NCBI GenBank assembly: GCA_900540365.1 | Contig: UQFN01000001.1 | Coordinates: 15,944-79,943 of the forward strand | Reading direction: 5' to 3' | DNA: 64,000 bases | DNA from: an uncultured Mollicutes bacterium | Lineage (GTDB): Bacteria; Bacillota_I; Bacilli_A; RFN20; CAG-826 | In this document: positions 30,209 through 40,920 of the stretch, piece after piece | How the letters are laid out: every line of letters begins with the position of its first letter | Numbering within the stretch: position 1 is the stretch's first letter | Notes under the pieces: generated by a model | The model's input: only the letters and a program-made list of their open reading frames with translations | Database searches by the model: none | Told to the model about the DNA's origin: nothing | Made by a program: the position numbers and the translations under genes

Positions 30209-31794
30209 TTTTTACGATATTCTAGCGGCGAAACTCCATTATTTTTCTTAAAACAATGTGAAAAATAATAAGGATCTTCATAACCTACAGCAATTGCAAT
30301 AGTTAATAATTTATTATTTGGATTAGCTAATAAAATCTTAGCTTGTTCCATCCTGACATCAGTTAAATATTTTGTAAATGATGTATTATTCTTTTTTAAA
30401 ATTGCGCTGATATAACTAACACTATATCCTAATTCATTTGCAACTTCTTCAAGTGAAAGATCTCTTTTTGAATAGTTTTTTTGAATATAATCTATTATTT
30501 GTTTATAAGAAGAATCTACCCCGCTTTGTCTAGCAGTCTTATTTATATAATCAATGTTATCTACTAAAGTATTAAAAAATTCAAATAATGATTCATTTGT
30601 TTTTAATGAATATATTTTGGAAATTATATCGCCATAATTCATAAATTCATCAAATAAACGTTGTAAAGATACGCAAGCTTTTAATAAACTATCAACCAAG
30701 TTATTTAAAATAAATAAATACGTGGCCTTAAAGTTATCAGTTGTAATTGTATTTAATAAGCGTTTAATTTTTTCTTTAGCACTTGTTAAATCTCCATAAA
30801 GAACTTCATAACTAATATTTTTGAATTCATTTTCATCTACTTTTGAACTAACAGTTTTAACTTTATTAATATCATCAAAGAAAATGACGATATTTGGACC
30901 AATTACTGTTCGATATTCTAAAGTTCTTGCGGCGTGACGATGAAGTTCTCGATAACTCTTTTTTTCTTCTTTTGCCTTCACTTCACTTAATCCAACTGAC
31001 ATTGATGTTTTTGAATATTTCTCGATTTTAGCAAGGATTCTCATAAAAATATCTTGAATTTCTTCTTTTTCAAAAACTTCATTTGAAAGTAAAAATAGAC
31101 AAAATTCATTAGCGTTATTAAACAAATAATATTTAATATTTGTGTTTTTAAATTCCTCTAAAATATATTTTTCTAAATAAAAATTAACTTGATCCATTTT
31201 TGCATATGAAATTTGATTAATCTCTTCATCAAAATCAATAACAGCTAAAATGGTATATTGATAATCTAAATTAACTCCGCCTTCAACTAATTTCTCTTTA
31301 AAATTATTTGGAATATCTTTTAAAGTAATTAATTTAGTTAAATCACTATTTTGCATTAATTTAAGAGCATTATCAGCAATCTTTTTTAAATTTTCTAAAT
31401 CATTATCAATTAATGTTTTATTATCTAATTCATTTTTAGCTTTTTGAAGAGTAATTCCTAATTCATCAAGAGTAATAGGTTTAGAAATATATCCAATAAC
31501 CCCTAAAGCTATTGCTTGTTTAGCATAATCAAAATTATCAAATCCACTAATAATAATACTTTGAAGTAAAGGTAATTCATGCTTCATAGTTTTTATTAAT
31601 TCAATACCATTAATATAAGGCATTTTAATATCAGTAATTAATAAATCAGGAGCAAGTAAAGTTCCACTAACTAAAGCATCATAGCCATTTTCGAATTGGC
31701 CTACTACTTCAAAATCTTCTTTAAATTTTTGAAGTTGTAAAAATAGCCTTTCACGGACAGAACTTTCATCATCAACAATTATGACTTTATACAT
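30205..31794 (-). CDS. two-component response regulator, CheY receiver + AraC-type HTH (YesN-like)
   Basis: Receiver motifs (VIIVDDE, ITDIKMP phospho-acceptor Asp). C-terminal AraC HTH (YFSHCFKKNNGVSPLEYRKK). It overlaps the kinase gene by 4 nt. Confidence 0.85.
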   Translation of the reverse strand: MYKVIIVDDESSVRERLFLQLQKFKEDFEVVGQFENGYDALVSGTLLAPDLLITDIKMPYINGIELIKTMKHELPLLQSIIISGFDNFDYAKQAIALGVIGYISKPITLDELGITLQKAKNELDNKTLIDNDLENLKKIADNALKLMQNSDLTKLITLKDIPNNFKEKLVEGGVNLDYQYTILAVIDFDEEINQISYAKMDQVNFYLEKYILEEFKNTNIKYYLFNNANEFCLFLLSNEVFEKEEIQDIFMRILAKIEKYSKTSMSVGLSEVKAKEEKKSYRELHRHAARTLEYRTVIGPNIVIFFDDINKVKTVSSKVDENEFKNISYEVLYGDLTSAKEKIKRLLNTITTDNFKATYLFILNNLVDSLLKACVSLQRLFDEFMNYGDIISKIYSLKTNESLFEFFNTLVDNIDYINKTARQSGVDSSYKQIIDYIQKNYSKRDLSLEEVANELGYSVSYISAILKKNNTSFTKYLTDVRMEQAKILLANPNNKLLTIAIAVGYEDPYYFSHCFKKNNGVSPLEYRKK

Positions 31795-31883
31795 ACAAAT
31801 ATTTTATCAAATTACTAATAATAAATTAAGAATAAGAAATGTTTAAAATATCCTTTCATGATAAAATATTAGAAGGAGAATTT

Positions 31884-32687
31884 ATGAATAAAATATTTTT
31901 AGATATTAATGAATTTAAAAACACTTATCCTTTAATGCAGGCTTTAAAAACATATAGCAGTATTAATGGTAGATCGCATTTTTTAATAAAAGCTGATGGA
32001 AATGAATATCAAATTTTAGATGATTTAAAATTTATCAAACGACGTATTAAATTTGATGAAGATGATCTTAATGAATGTAATTTTAATTTAAAAACTTATG
32101 AATCTTTTGATACTTTTAAAAGAAATAAATCAAATACTTATTTTCGTATCTTAGATGATAGTAAAAATAATAAGAAAACACTTTATTTATTTTATGATAA
32201 AGATATAACTTTTAATGAATTAAATGAAAAACTTCAATTAGTTATTAATTTTTATAAAGAATATATAAACGCTAAAGAAGAAATTAAAATTGGTATTATC
32301 AATAAGTTTGAAAATGATTTAAATTTATTAAAGGAACTTAAAGTTTTAGATAATTTTCATGAAATTATTGAATTAAATAAGTTATTAGATAATACATCAA
32401 ATATTGTTTTACTTGATGATGAAGTAACTTATTATACTTTTAATTTACTTTCAACTTATTCTAAATTTATGAAATTAGCTAAATCTATTAGTGGATATGC
32501 TTCATTTTTTAAACCTTTTTCATATCAAAAAATGGCTCCAAAAGAAGTTAATTTAAATTCATACTTTTCTTTTTCTTTATTTGAGATTACCTCTAAAGAT
32601 AAATTGATCAATATTTATGTTCAAGAAAATATATCTCCAACTGAATTAATTGATTTTTTAAGTATTATTGATACTTTTATTAATTAG
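31884..32687 (+). CDS. hypothetical protein
   Basis: ORF 31839-32687. An internal ATG at 31884 has a strong RBS (AGAAGGAG N5 ATG). No recognisable motif. It is convergent with a small membrane ORF. Confidence 0.45.
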   Translation: MNKIFLDINEFKNTYPLMQALKTYSSINGRSHFLIKADGNEYQILDDLKFIKRRIKFDEDDLNECNFNLKTYESFDTFKRNKSNTYFRILDDSKNNKKTLYLFYDKDITFNELNEKLQLVINFYKEYINAKEEIKIGIINKFENDLNLLKELKVLDNFHEIIELNKLLDNTSNIVLLDDEVTYYTFNLLSTYSKFMKLAKSISGYASFFKPFSYQKMAPKEVNLNSYFSFSLFEITSKDKLINIYVQENISPTELIDFLSIIDTFIN

Positions 32688-33003
32688 AAGTATTTAATTC
32701 ATCAAAATTAATAACTTTAAAATAAAATAATAAAAATATTAAAACTACTTGTAGGATTAAAATAATTATTTCAGAAATAATTAAACGATATTTATTTGCT
32801 TTATCTTCCATTCTTATTTCATTAAAAATTAAATACATAAAAATAATAATTGGAGTTCCCCAAACAATTGAACATAAAATTAAACTTATATCTTTAATTA
32901 AAGTTACTTCTCCACGTAATCCTTTTAAATATCTTAAAGCAAGTAAATAATTACTAACTAGCCCTACTACTAATAAAATAAAAAATATTTCAAAACCAAT
33001 CAT
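32680..33003 (-). CDS. small hypothetical membrane protein
   Basis: 107 aa with three hydrophobic helices. It overlaps the 3' end of the plus-strand ORF by 8 nt. Confidence 0.35.
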   Translation of the reverse strand: MIGFEIFFILLVVGLVSNYLLALRYLKGLRGEVTLIKDISLILCSIVWGTPIIIFMYLIFNEIRMEDKANKYRLIISEIIILILQVVLIFLLFYFKVINFDELNTSN

Positions 33004-33027
33004 AATTTATATATCTATATTTTAAAA

Positions 33028-33057
33028 TTAAAAGCACTTCTTTTGAAGTGCTTTTAA
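33028..33057 (-). terminator. rho-independent terminator after the mgl/rbs-like ABC operon
   Basis: Perfect 13-bp stem (TTAAAAGCACTTC / GAAGTGCTTTTAA) with a 4-nt loop. On the minus strand it is followed by a T-rich tract, 20 nt past the permease stop. Confidence 0.55.
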
Positions 33058-33078
33058 CTATTTTAGAAGTGTATCTAA

Positions 33079-34749
33079 TTACTTTTTCTTTAAATATTTT
33101 AAACAGTCTAAGGAAACTGCAGTAATAATAATGACACCTTTAATAATATATTGATAATATGGGTTAATTCCTAAGAAACTTAAAGCATATGTTAAGCCAG
33201 TAAAGATAATAGCACCAATGACTGCTCCTCTAATTTTACCAATACCACCAGTAAAAGAAATTCCTCCAACAACACAAGCAGCAATCGCATCAGTTTCATA
33301 ACCAGTACCAGTATCAAATTTAGCAGTTCCAACTCTAGCTGCTTCAAAGAATGATCCAAATCCATAAAGGATACCAGCTAAAATAAATACGCCCATAGTA
33401 ACCCAGAAAACACTAATTCCAGAAACACTAGCTGCTTCAGGGTTCCCACCAACAGCATACATATTTTTACCAAATTTAGTTCTATTCCAAATAAATGAAA
33501 CAATTACAATACCTATAATTGCATAAATTAATAGTAATGGGAAAATATTTCCAATTTTACCAGCAATAGCATTTTTTAAACTAATATCGATAACACCAGT
33601 ATTTTTTGAATCAGTAACAACAGCAAGTAAACCAAAGATTATTAATTGAGTACCCATTGTTGAAATAAATGGATGCATCTTAAATTTTGCTGAGAAAAAT
33701 CCAGCAATACTAGAAAAGAAAGTCGTACATATAATCGTTACGATTAAGGCTACAATAATTCTTAAAGCACTTGGCCATCCCGAGAAATCAAAATACTTAC
33801 CAAATAATGGCATAACGTTTTGTCCTGGATAAAGGAACATACAAGTAATAACTGTACCAAGTCCAACCATACGTCCAATAGAAAGGTCAGTACCAGCAAG
33901 AAGAATAAGTCCACCAACACCAAGAGCTAAGAAAATTCTAGGTGAAGCTTGGTTTGCAATTTCAAAAATATTTTTGAAATTAAGTAAAGTTCCCTTGCCC
34001 ATTGGTCCAGAAATAATTCCACAGAATAAGAAAACTAAAATCATAACAATATAAAGACCATTTCTTAAAAAGAAATCTTTAATATTGAAACGATAAACAT
34101 ATTTTTCTAAGCTTGCTTCAGTTTTTTCAACCAAATTAAGAGTATCTCCGTTTAAATTAGTTAAATAATTAACTTTATCTAAATAAACATCGTGAACTTC
34201 TGTTTTGATATCACTAATTTCTTTTTGATAAGCAAGTTTAAGTTCATAAAGTTTTGATTGATGGCTTCTTCTTAAACCTTGAAGACGATAATTTTTCTCT
34301 TTTTGAGTTTCTCCATCAACAGTTAAAGCTGCGGCTTCATCATATTTAAGTTTAAAGTCATCTTTAGCAACTTGTACTTTTTCTAAATACACTTTTTTAG
34401 CCTCAGCTTTTCTTTTTTTAGCTTCACTTGAAAAAGATTTATAGTAAGGAACAAACTCATTTTTAATATAATTTTTAGCCTCACTTACAATTTCTTTATC
34501 TTTAGTTTTAGTTTCTTTTGCTGATTTATTTGCTTCAGCAATTAAAACTTTAAGTTCATCTACTTTTGCTTTTCTTTCCTCTTTAGAAAGAAGTTTATCC
34601 CCTCTAACAAGAGTTAATTCATCCTTATATAATTTGATTTTTGTTAAGCCATCAGCACGAAGTTCATCAAGTTTAGTTTGATAATCTTTAATCCCTTGCT
34701 TGATAGCTTTTAAATCGAAGGTGTCTAAGGAAGCAATATTATTTTCCAT
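33079..34749 (-). CDS. monosaccharide ABC transporter permease (MglC/RbsC family) with ~230-aa N-terminal coiled-coil extension
   Basis: The C-terminal 320 aa has about 9-10 TM helices typical of the RbsC/MglC/BMP permease family. The N-terminal extension is Lys/Glu-rich. Confidence 0.75.
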   Translation of the reverse strand: MENNIASLDTFDLKAIKQGIKDYQTKLDELRADGLTKIKLYKDELTLVRGDKLLSKEERKAKVDELKVLIAEANKSAKETKTKDKEIVSEAKNYIKNEFVPYYKSFSSEAKKRKAEAKKVYLEKVQVAKDDFKLKYDEAAALTVDGETQKEKNYRLQGLRRSHQSKLYELKLAYQKEISDIKTEVHDVYLDKVNYLTNLNGDTLNLVEKTEASLEKYVYRFNIKDFFLRNGLYIVMILVFLFCGIISGPMGKGTLLNFKNIFEIANQASPRIFLALGVGGLILLAGTDLSIGRMVGLGTVITCMFLYPGQNVMPLFGKYFDFSGWPSALRIIVALIVTIICTTFFSSIAGFFSAKFKMHPFISTMGTQLIIFGLLAVVTDSKNTGVIDISLKNAIAGKIGNIFPLLLIYAIIGIVIVSFIWNRTKFGKNMYAVGGNPEAASVSGISVFWVTMGVFILAGILYGFGSFFEAARVGTAKFDTGTGYETDAIAACVVGGISFTGGIGKIRGAVIGAIIFTGLTYALSFLGINPYYQYIIKGVIIITAVSLDCLKYLKKK

Positions 34750-34767
34750 TTCTTATTCTCCTTATAA

Positions 34768-36261
34768 TTATAAATACATAGCACTTAGTCTAAGTAATTC
34801 TTCTTGGTTAGTATCTTTTGTATTAACTACTCCAGAAAGTTTATAGTTAGACATAACGGCAATTCGATTAGTAATGCCTAAAATTTCAGGCATTTCGCTA
34901 GAAACAACAATAATTGTTTTTCCTTCTTTTGCCATTTTATTAATTAATTGATAAATTTCAAATTTAGCACCAACATCAATTCCTCTAGTTGGTTCATCAA
35001 GCAAAAAGACATCAGGATTTCTTTCAAGCCATTTACCAATAATTACTTTTTGTTGGTTTCCACCAGAAAGTGCAGTAATTAATTCATTGATATCACTACA
35101 TTTAGTATGCATAACATCAATTTCTTTTTTAGTAACATCAGCCATCTTTTTATTTGAAAGAGCTCCATATTTACGATAATTTTCAAGATTACAAATAGTT
35201 GTGTTATAAACTAAAGTTCCTTTAGCAAACATTCCATTCATCTTTCTTTCTTCTGTAACAAAAGCAAAGTGACTATTCATCGCATCTTTAGAATTTCTAA
35301 AATATACTCGACGACCATTATATTTAATATCACCATTACCAATGGTTCTAACTCCAAATAAAGTTTCTAATAATTCGCTTCTTCCAGCACCAACTAAGCC
35401 ATAAATACCAAAAACTTCTCCTTTTCTAACAGAAAATGAGATGTTATCAAGTACAGGAGCATATTTAGTAGTTAAATTATTAACTTCTAAAATAGTGTCT
35501 CCTGGCTCATTATCAACTGGAGGGAATCTTTGATCTAAAGATCTACCAACCATTGCAGCGATAATTTCATTCATATTTGTTTCTTTTACGTTTTTAGTCA
35601 TAATCATATGACCATCACGAAGAACGCTAACTTCATCACAAATTTCAAAAACTTCGTCCATTTTATGTGAAATATAAACAAACGAAACACCTTCTTCTCT
35701 TAAAGTAGAAACAATTTTAAATAGTTTTCTTACTTCTCTTTCCGTTAAAGAAGAAGTTGGTTCATCTAAGACGATAACTTTTGCATCATAAGAAACAGCC
35801 TTAGCAATTTCTACCATTTGTCTTTTAGAAACAGACATCGTTTTCATTGGAACTGTTAAATCAACATTAATATCTAATCTTTTAAATAAAGCTGTTGCTT
35901 TTTCTTTCATTAATTTCTCGTTAATAATTCCAAATTTGGTGTCATATCTTCCTAAAAATAAATTATCAATGACATTTCTTTCTAAGCATTGATTTAATTC
36001 TTGGTGAACCATTGCTACGCCATTTTCAAGAGCATCTTTTGGATTTTTGAATTCAACTTCATTTCCATCAAAAATTATTTTTCCATCATCTTTACTATAA
36101 ATTCCAAATAAAATTTTCATCATTGTTGATTTACCGGCACCATTTTCACCCATAAGGCCTAAAACTGTGCCTTTTTTGACACATAAATCAATATTTGTGA
36201 GAACTCTATTTCGCCCAAAAGCTTTTGAAATATTGTGTAACTCTAAAATATTTTCACTCAT
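34768..36261 (-). CDS. monosaccharide ABC transporter ATP-binding protein (MglA/RbsA type, tandem ABC domains)
   Basis: Two NBDs. The first has GENGAGKST, LSVSKRQMVEIAKA and VIVLDEPTSSL. The second has GLVGAGRSEL, LSGGNQQKVIIGKW and VFLLDEPTRGID. The likely start is the ATG at 36261 (MSENILEL), which has a GGAG upstream. Confidence 0.85.
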   Translation of the reverse strand: MSENILELHNISKAFGRNRVLTNIDLCVKKGTVLGLMGENGAGKSTMMKILFGIYSKDDGKIIFDGNEVEFKNPKDALENGVAMVHQELNQCLERNVIDNLFLGRYDTKFGIINEKLMKEKATALFKRLDINVDLTVPMKTMSVSKRQMVEIAKAVSYDAKVIVLDEPTSSLTEREVRKLFKIVSTLREEGVSFVYISHKMDEVFEICDEVSVLRDGHMIMTKNVKETNMNEIIAAMVGRSLDQRFPPVDNEPGDTILEVNNLTTKYAPVLDNISFSVRKGEVFGIYGLVGAGRSELLETLFGVRTIGNGDIKYNGRRVYFRNSKDAMNSHFAFVTEERKMNGMFAKGTLVYNTTICNLENYRKYGALSNKKMADVTKKEIDVMHTKCSDINELITALSGGNQQKVIIGKWLERNPDVFLLDEPTRGIDVGAKFEIYQLINKMAKEGKTIIVVSSEMPEILGITNRIAVMSNYKLSGVVNTKDTNQEELLRLSAMYL

Positions 36262-36333
36262 GATACACTCCATTAAAATAGAAAGTCACTACCAGCTTTC
36301 TGCTGGTAGTGAACTAAATTTTGACTTAAATAA

Positions 36334-37521
36334 TTAAGCAGCTTGATCAAGTAAATTTTGATATAAGGAACCACTACCGGTTTCTACCATGTTAATAACA
36401 TAGGCATCATAGTTACTTAAGTTAACAAATTTATCAGTAATTGAACCTTCAGCTGTTCCATCACCATAAATAAATGTAATGTCATAGTTATAGAATGGAG
36501 CATATCTTTGAACTGTAGGAACAAATGATTGATTTAAGAAGTTATCAGTACTTGAATAAACTGTCCATAAGATTTTCTTCTTAGCAGCGTTAGTTTGTTT
36601 AATACCACTATCTAATGTATCTTCGATTACATCATCAACATTATCAACAGTAACGATACCATTTTCAGTTAACATTGCTTTATCTTCAGCAGTGTAATTA
36701 ACTTTAGCTTGAGTAATTTGGTTACCATATTGATCTTTTTCTGTAAATCCTTTAGTAACAACATCTTCTCCTGTTAAGCCGTCAACGATATTTCTAACAA
36801 GTTGTAAGCAAGTTAAGACTTGTGAATGGTGATTTTGTGAAATAGTACCTTTCATTGAACCGCCTTGTTTAATAAGTTGTAAGGTTGAAGCATTAGCATC
36901 ATATCCAAATGTAGGAATAACTGCTCCACCATATTGTCCAATCATACCTTCAGCCATACCATCGTTATTTGAGACGACTAAGTCAATTTGAGTTGAATAT
37001 TGGTTAATCCAAGTAGCCATCATATCGGTTGCTTTTGATTGTGACCATGGATTACCTTGAGAGTCTCTCATTTCTTGGCAAGCTAATTCTTTAATTTTAT
37101 ATGTCTTACCATCATTAGCGGTGAGACTTCCTTCTTTACTAGCAGTTGTATCATCAGCAGTTTCGCCAGTTCCAAGAGCTTTTCTAATACCAATAGTACG
37201 AGCAGCTGAGTCATTGTGTGAATTTTGTCCAATAGCTAAAACGTATCCGATAGTTCCATCACCGTTTCTATCCATTTCAGCAGCATGAGCTTTAACATAA
37301 TCAACGATCATTTGACCTTGAGTAGCTCCTCCACCAACAGCATCGAATCCAGCATAATATGTATTAGCTGTATGATTCATAACATTTTTATCAACGACAT
37401 TATTAGTTGATGGTTGTCTGTTATAGAAAATGGTGGCTTTTTCATTAGTTGAAGCACCACATGAAGTTGCAGCTGTTCCAAGTAAAGCAAGTGCAACAAA
37501 TGGAATTAATTTCTTATTCAT
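36334..37521 (-). CDS. sugar ABC transporter substrate-binding lipoprotein (PBP type I, MglB/RbsB-like)
   Basis: Lipobox (LLGTAATSCG). 395 aa. It is first in the operon with the MglA/MglC-like genes. Confidence 0.7.
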   Translation of the reverse strand: MNKKLIPFVALALLGTAATSCGASTNEKATIFYNRQPSTNNVVDKNVMNHTANTYYAGFDAVGGGATQGQMIVDYVKAHAAEMDRNGDGTIGYVLAIGQNSHNDSAARTIGIRKALGTGETADDTTASKEGSLTANDGKTYKIKELACQEMRDSQGNPWSQSKATDMMATWINQYSTQIDLVVSNNDGMAEGMIGQYGGAVIPTFGYDANASTLQLIKQGGSMKGTISQNHHSQVLTCLQLVRNIVDGLTGEDVVTKGFTEKDQYGNQITQAKVNYTAEDKAMLTENGIVTVDNVDDVIEDTLDSGIKQTNAAKKKILWTVYSSTDNFLNQSFVPTVQRYAPFYNYDITFIYGDGTAEGSITDKFVNLSNYDAYVINMVETGSGSLYQNLLDQAA

Positions 37522-37745
37522 AAATATTATCTTTCCTCCTGAATTAAATTCCTAAGACACTCTAAATGAGTTATCTAACGATTTTATTCTACTTGAAAGC
37601 GCTTACATTTTTTAATGTGAAAATCTCTATTGTTAATGTTATTTTCTCTAATTTTTTGTATAAAAAAATAAAAATGTAAAAACAGTTAATATTTAAAAAC
37701 TATTAATATTCTATAAAAACCTTGCTAATCTAAGATATTTTTTAT

Positions 37746-38369
37746 TTAAACTAAAAATAAGTTATTTCTGAAACTATTTATATAAGATGAGGTAACAATT
37801 ATATAATCTGATAAATAATAGATTTTATAATATATTTTTTTGTCGTTAATAAGAACAAAATTAGAACTTAAATCAACTTCAAAAGAATTAAAAAGAATAT
37901 CTTTAGGTGTTCCTACACATTTAGTTACACTTTCTTTAACTGACCATATAGTTATTAAAGATTTATTCATATCTTCACTATTTTTGATATATTCTACTTC
38001 TTTTCTAGTAAATAATTTTTTTGCGATTCCAATATTTACTTTTTTAAAAACTTCAATATCAATTCCTACTTCAAATTTAGAAATAGCTAAACATACATAT
38101 CTTCCTTTATGAGATATATTAAATTTATAGGAACAATTTTCAATAAAAGGTTTATTGTTATTATCTCTCTTAACATCAAAAATACTTAATTTATATTGAT
38201 CTAAAACAATATATTCTAAAACTAATTTACCTAAACATAAAATTTTATCTTTTAAACACTTATATGAATCAACTAATGTTTTTCCTTTTAAAGAAAGTTG
38301 ATTATAAAAATAAACAAAAATATCTTCGTTCCTTAAAAAAGCCGTATCTAATATATATGTTTTAACCAT
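37746..38369 (-). CDS. 4'-phosphopantetheinyl transferase, Sfp/AcpS superfamily
   Basis: PPTase motifs: FNISHKGRYVCLAIS...VGIDIEV (Mg-binding) and WSVKESVTKCVG (W-x-K-E-S). The likely start is the ATG at 38369 (MVKTYIL), and the upstream ORF extension lacks coding character. Confidence 0.75.
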   Translation of the reverse strand: MVKTYILDTAFLRNEDIFVYFYNQLSLKGKTLVDSYKCLKDKILCLGKLVLEYIVLDQYKLSIFDVKRDNNNKPFIENCSYKFNISHKGRYVCLAISKFEVGIDIEVFKKVNIGIAKKLFTRKEVEYIKNSEDMNKSLITIWSVKESVTKCVGTPKDILFNSFEVDLSSNFVLINDKKIYYKIYYLSDYIIVTSSYINSFRNNLFLV

Positions 38370-38465
38370 TTTAACCCCTTTTTTATTTAATTTTATATAA
38401 AAAACGCTTTTATTTAAAGAAAATAATATTAAATCTATTGTCCATGGGACAAAGTGTGTCCTCAC

Positions 38466-38803
38466 AATTTATATTTATAAATCTTATATTATAGTTACAT
38501 TGTAACCTAGTGAAGACATTTTATTAAAATGGCTAGGGCACATCCAAAAAGATTTATTAATCATTTATTTGGATAAGTGCGCAATATTGCTCATGATGTA
38601 AATAACTATCAAAAACACTGCAAAACGTGGATCTGATAATTCATTTCCACCGAAATAATATTAGTTAGGAACACAAGGTTTTGTTATTGGTGTTTAAACA
38701 TCTTTAACACATTTTAAAACTTTAAATAAGACATTCTTAATTAAAGTAAAAAATGAAAACAACTCCTCCCTTGTTTCTAGTACTTATATCTATTTCGATA
38801 GTA
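38466..38803. other. ~340-nt non-coding spacer of atypically higher GC with palindromes
   Basis: No ORF longer than 20 codons in any frame. It contains a 15-nt perfect palindrome TTGTCCATGGGACAA and the overlapping GGACAAAGTGTGTCC. It lies between the PPTase and an XRE-type HTH gene, at the left edge of the defense island. Confidence 0.4.
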
Positions 38804-39148
38804 TTAGAATAAGTCTAATACAAGAGCTGTAGCGTTTTTATATAAAACATCATAGAGCAGTATTGTATAGAGAGATCTAGCAATGTATTTTTTTATTTTG
38901 TAGATATTTTTAATAAAAAGAAAACATCCATTAAGGATGTCAATAATAGAGACTTCAAATACCTTATCAAAAATGTTAATTACTTCAATATTTTTAGTAC
39001 CAACGTTTTCGATACGACGTAAATTTCTTACGCTATATCCAACTAAGTCGGCTAAGTATTCCTGTGTCCAGCGTTTACTTAACCTTAAATTTTTTAGTGA
39101 TTTACCAATAAAATTTGGATCAATTACCTCGATCATAGTTACCTCCAT
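38804..39148 (-). CDS. XRE-family helix-turn-helix transcriptional regulator
   Basis: N-terminal HTH (LKNLRLSKRWTQEYLADLVGYSVRNLRRIE). The C-terminal ~40 residues of the ORF are low-complexity, so the true stop may effectively be earlier. Confidence 0.6.
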   Translation of the reverse strand: MEVTMIEVIDPNFIGKSLKNLRLSKRWTQEYLADLVGYSVRNLRRIENVGTKNIEVINIFDKVFEVSIIDILNGCFLFIKNIYKIKKYIARSLYTILLYDVLYKNATALVLDLF

Positions 39149-39305
39149 ATAGTCAAGATAATTAATTAAAAGTCTCTAATCTATGAGCATTGTTATTTTA
39201 AAAAATATTTATTATAAATACAATAAAAACTTAACATTTTTATGAAAAAGTCTTTAAAACTCAGTTATTTTATTAAAAAAGCTGTTATTTCTAACAGCTT
39301 TTAAT

Positions 39306-40857
39306 TTAAAATACATCAACTACTGGTAAACTTTCTATTTCAAATGGGAGAGTTATATCTCCACCTAATTGAGTTATAGTATATGAACCAGCATAATAAC
39401 CATAAGCATAAAAATCGACCTTATTAAGTTTTCCATCTTTTAAAGTAACTTCAATAGGATCGGAAGCTATTGGAGTCGTATCAAATTGTGAAACGCCACA
39501 TCTTGAAATCATTCCTCCAAAATAATATGCAGGTTCTCCAGAAATTGTAAATTTATTTGAATCTTCAGTATCGACATCAAAGAATGCTGCTGATACATAA
39601 CTAAATAATGGCATAACATCTTGTAATGTAACTTCTTCTGTAGAATTAGTAAATTCAAGAGGTGTAGATAATCTAGCTAGGCGTTTACCTTCATAATCAT
39701 AAGCAACTTGGTACCATTTATTATCAATTTTAACTGCTCCAATGGAGTACCTAGAATCAACAGAATCATTATATAAAACGATATCTTCAGTTTTATAAAT
39801 GCTACCAGCAGCATATGACATAAATTGTTCTTCATATGTAGCGATAAAATTACTAGCATCGACTTCTTTTAAAGCAGTTTCTAACGTTTTCTTTTCTTCA
39901 CTCATTTCATATGGTTCAGGAATTGGATAATCTTCACATTCTTCTCCATAACTAACAACATCTAAAGAAGCGCCATAAACACAGTCTTGGAAATTATCGT
40001 TTGTCATAGTTGTTCTAAATGTTACATTTGTAATACGATAATCGTTAAATGTTAAGGTTAAACTTTCAAGTTCATCAAATTGCCACCAAGCAATTCTTTC
40101 AACAAAATCACATGCAAGTTGCATATTCTCTTTTGTTGTTAAATCAAAATTAACTTTGCCTTCGCTTTCAACTAAAGTAGCATCTTTAATTAAATTCATT
40201 GGATTAATAAAATCATTCCAATTTACAACAGTTCCATCATCATATTCAGCTTCAACTTTTACAACTTCATTTTGAAGTGTATATTGATAAAGATAGACTT
40301 TGCCATCTTCATGCCATAATGTACTTTCTCCACCATCAAAATCATCAAAATCACCTTTTGCTTCCCAATGATATGATCCTGAAGTAAAAAGTGACATCAT
40401 TGGTCCTTTTAATGTGGTACCAAGAACACCTTCTTCACTATAAAGTTCTTTATAAGCTTCACCTGAAAATTTAATATTTCCTAAAGAATTATTAACCTTA
40501 TCAGTTACAGTTAAAGCAGCAATATCAATTAAATATTCTGCTTTACAATCTTCATAAGTAACTTCAACTTTATAATCTTCTTGAACTGTTTCAAATTTAG
40601 TTCCAATTTCAACACTAAAATCTAAATCAGATAAATCTAATGTTACATTATCAGTTTCAACATCATTTGAATATGTTACATAATTAGCAACTAAACCTGT
40701 AACTTCAAAACTTTCTCCTAATTTGTAATTAGTTTTACGTTTGTTGTGTCAAGTGTTAATTCATGGGTAATTACTGGTGGGGTGTCGTTACAGCCAACCA
40801 AAGCACCTCCAAGAACTACTACTGATAAAACACTTAATAATAAATTGTTTCTTTTCA
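39306..40857 (-). pseudogene. large surface lipoprotein, N-terminal signal peptide separated from body by a frameshift
   Basis: The ATG at 40857 gives MKRNNLLLSVLSVVVLGGALVGCNDTPP... (lipobox LVGC) and stops after 46 codons. The -1 frame then runs continuously (KRKTNYKLGESFEVTGLVANYVTY...) into the 364-aa ORF 39306-40400. The frameshift is within about 40715-40760. Confidence 0.65.
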
Positions 40858-40920
40858 TAAAAAATCTCCTTTTAATATCATAAATTTATAAGGAGATTTT
40901 GACAATTAAAATCTTAATTA

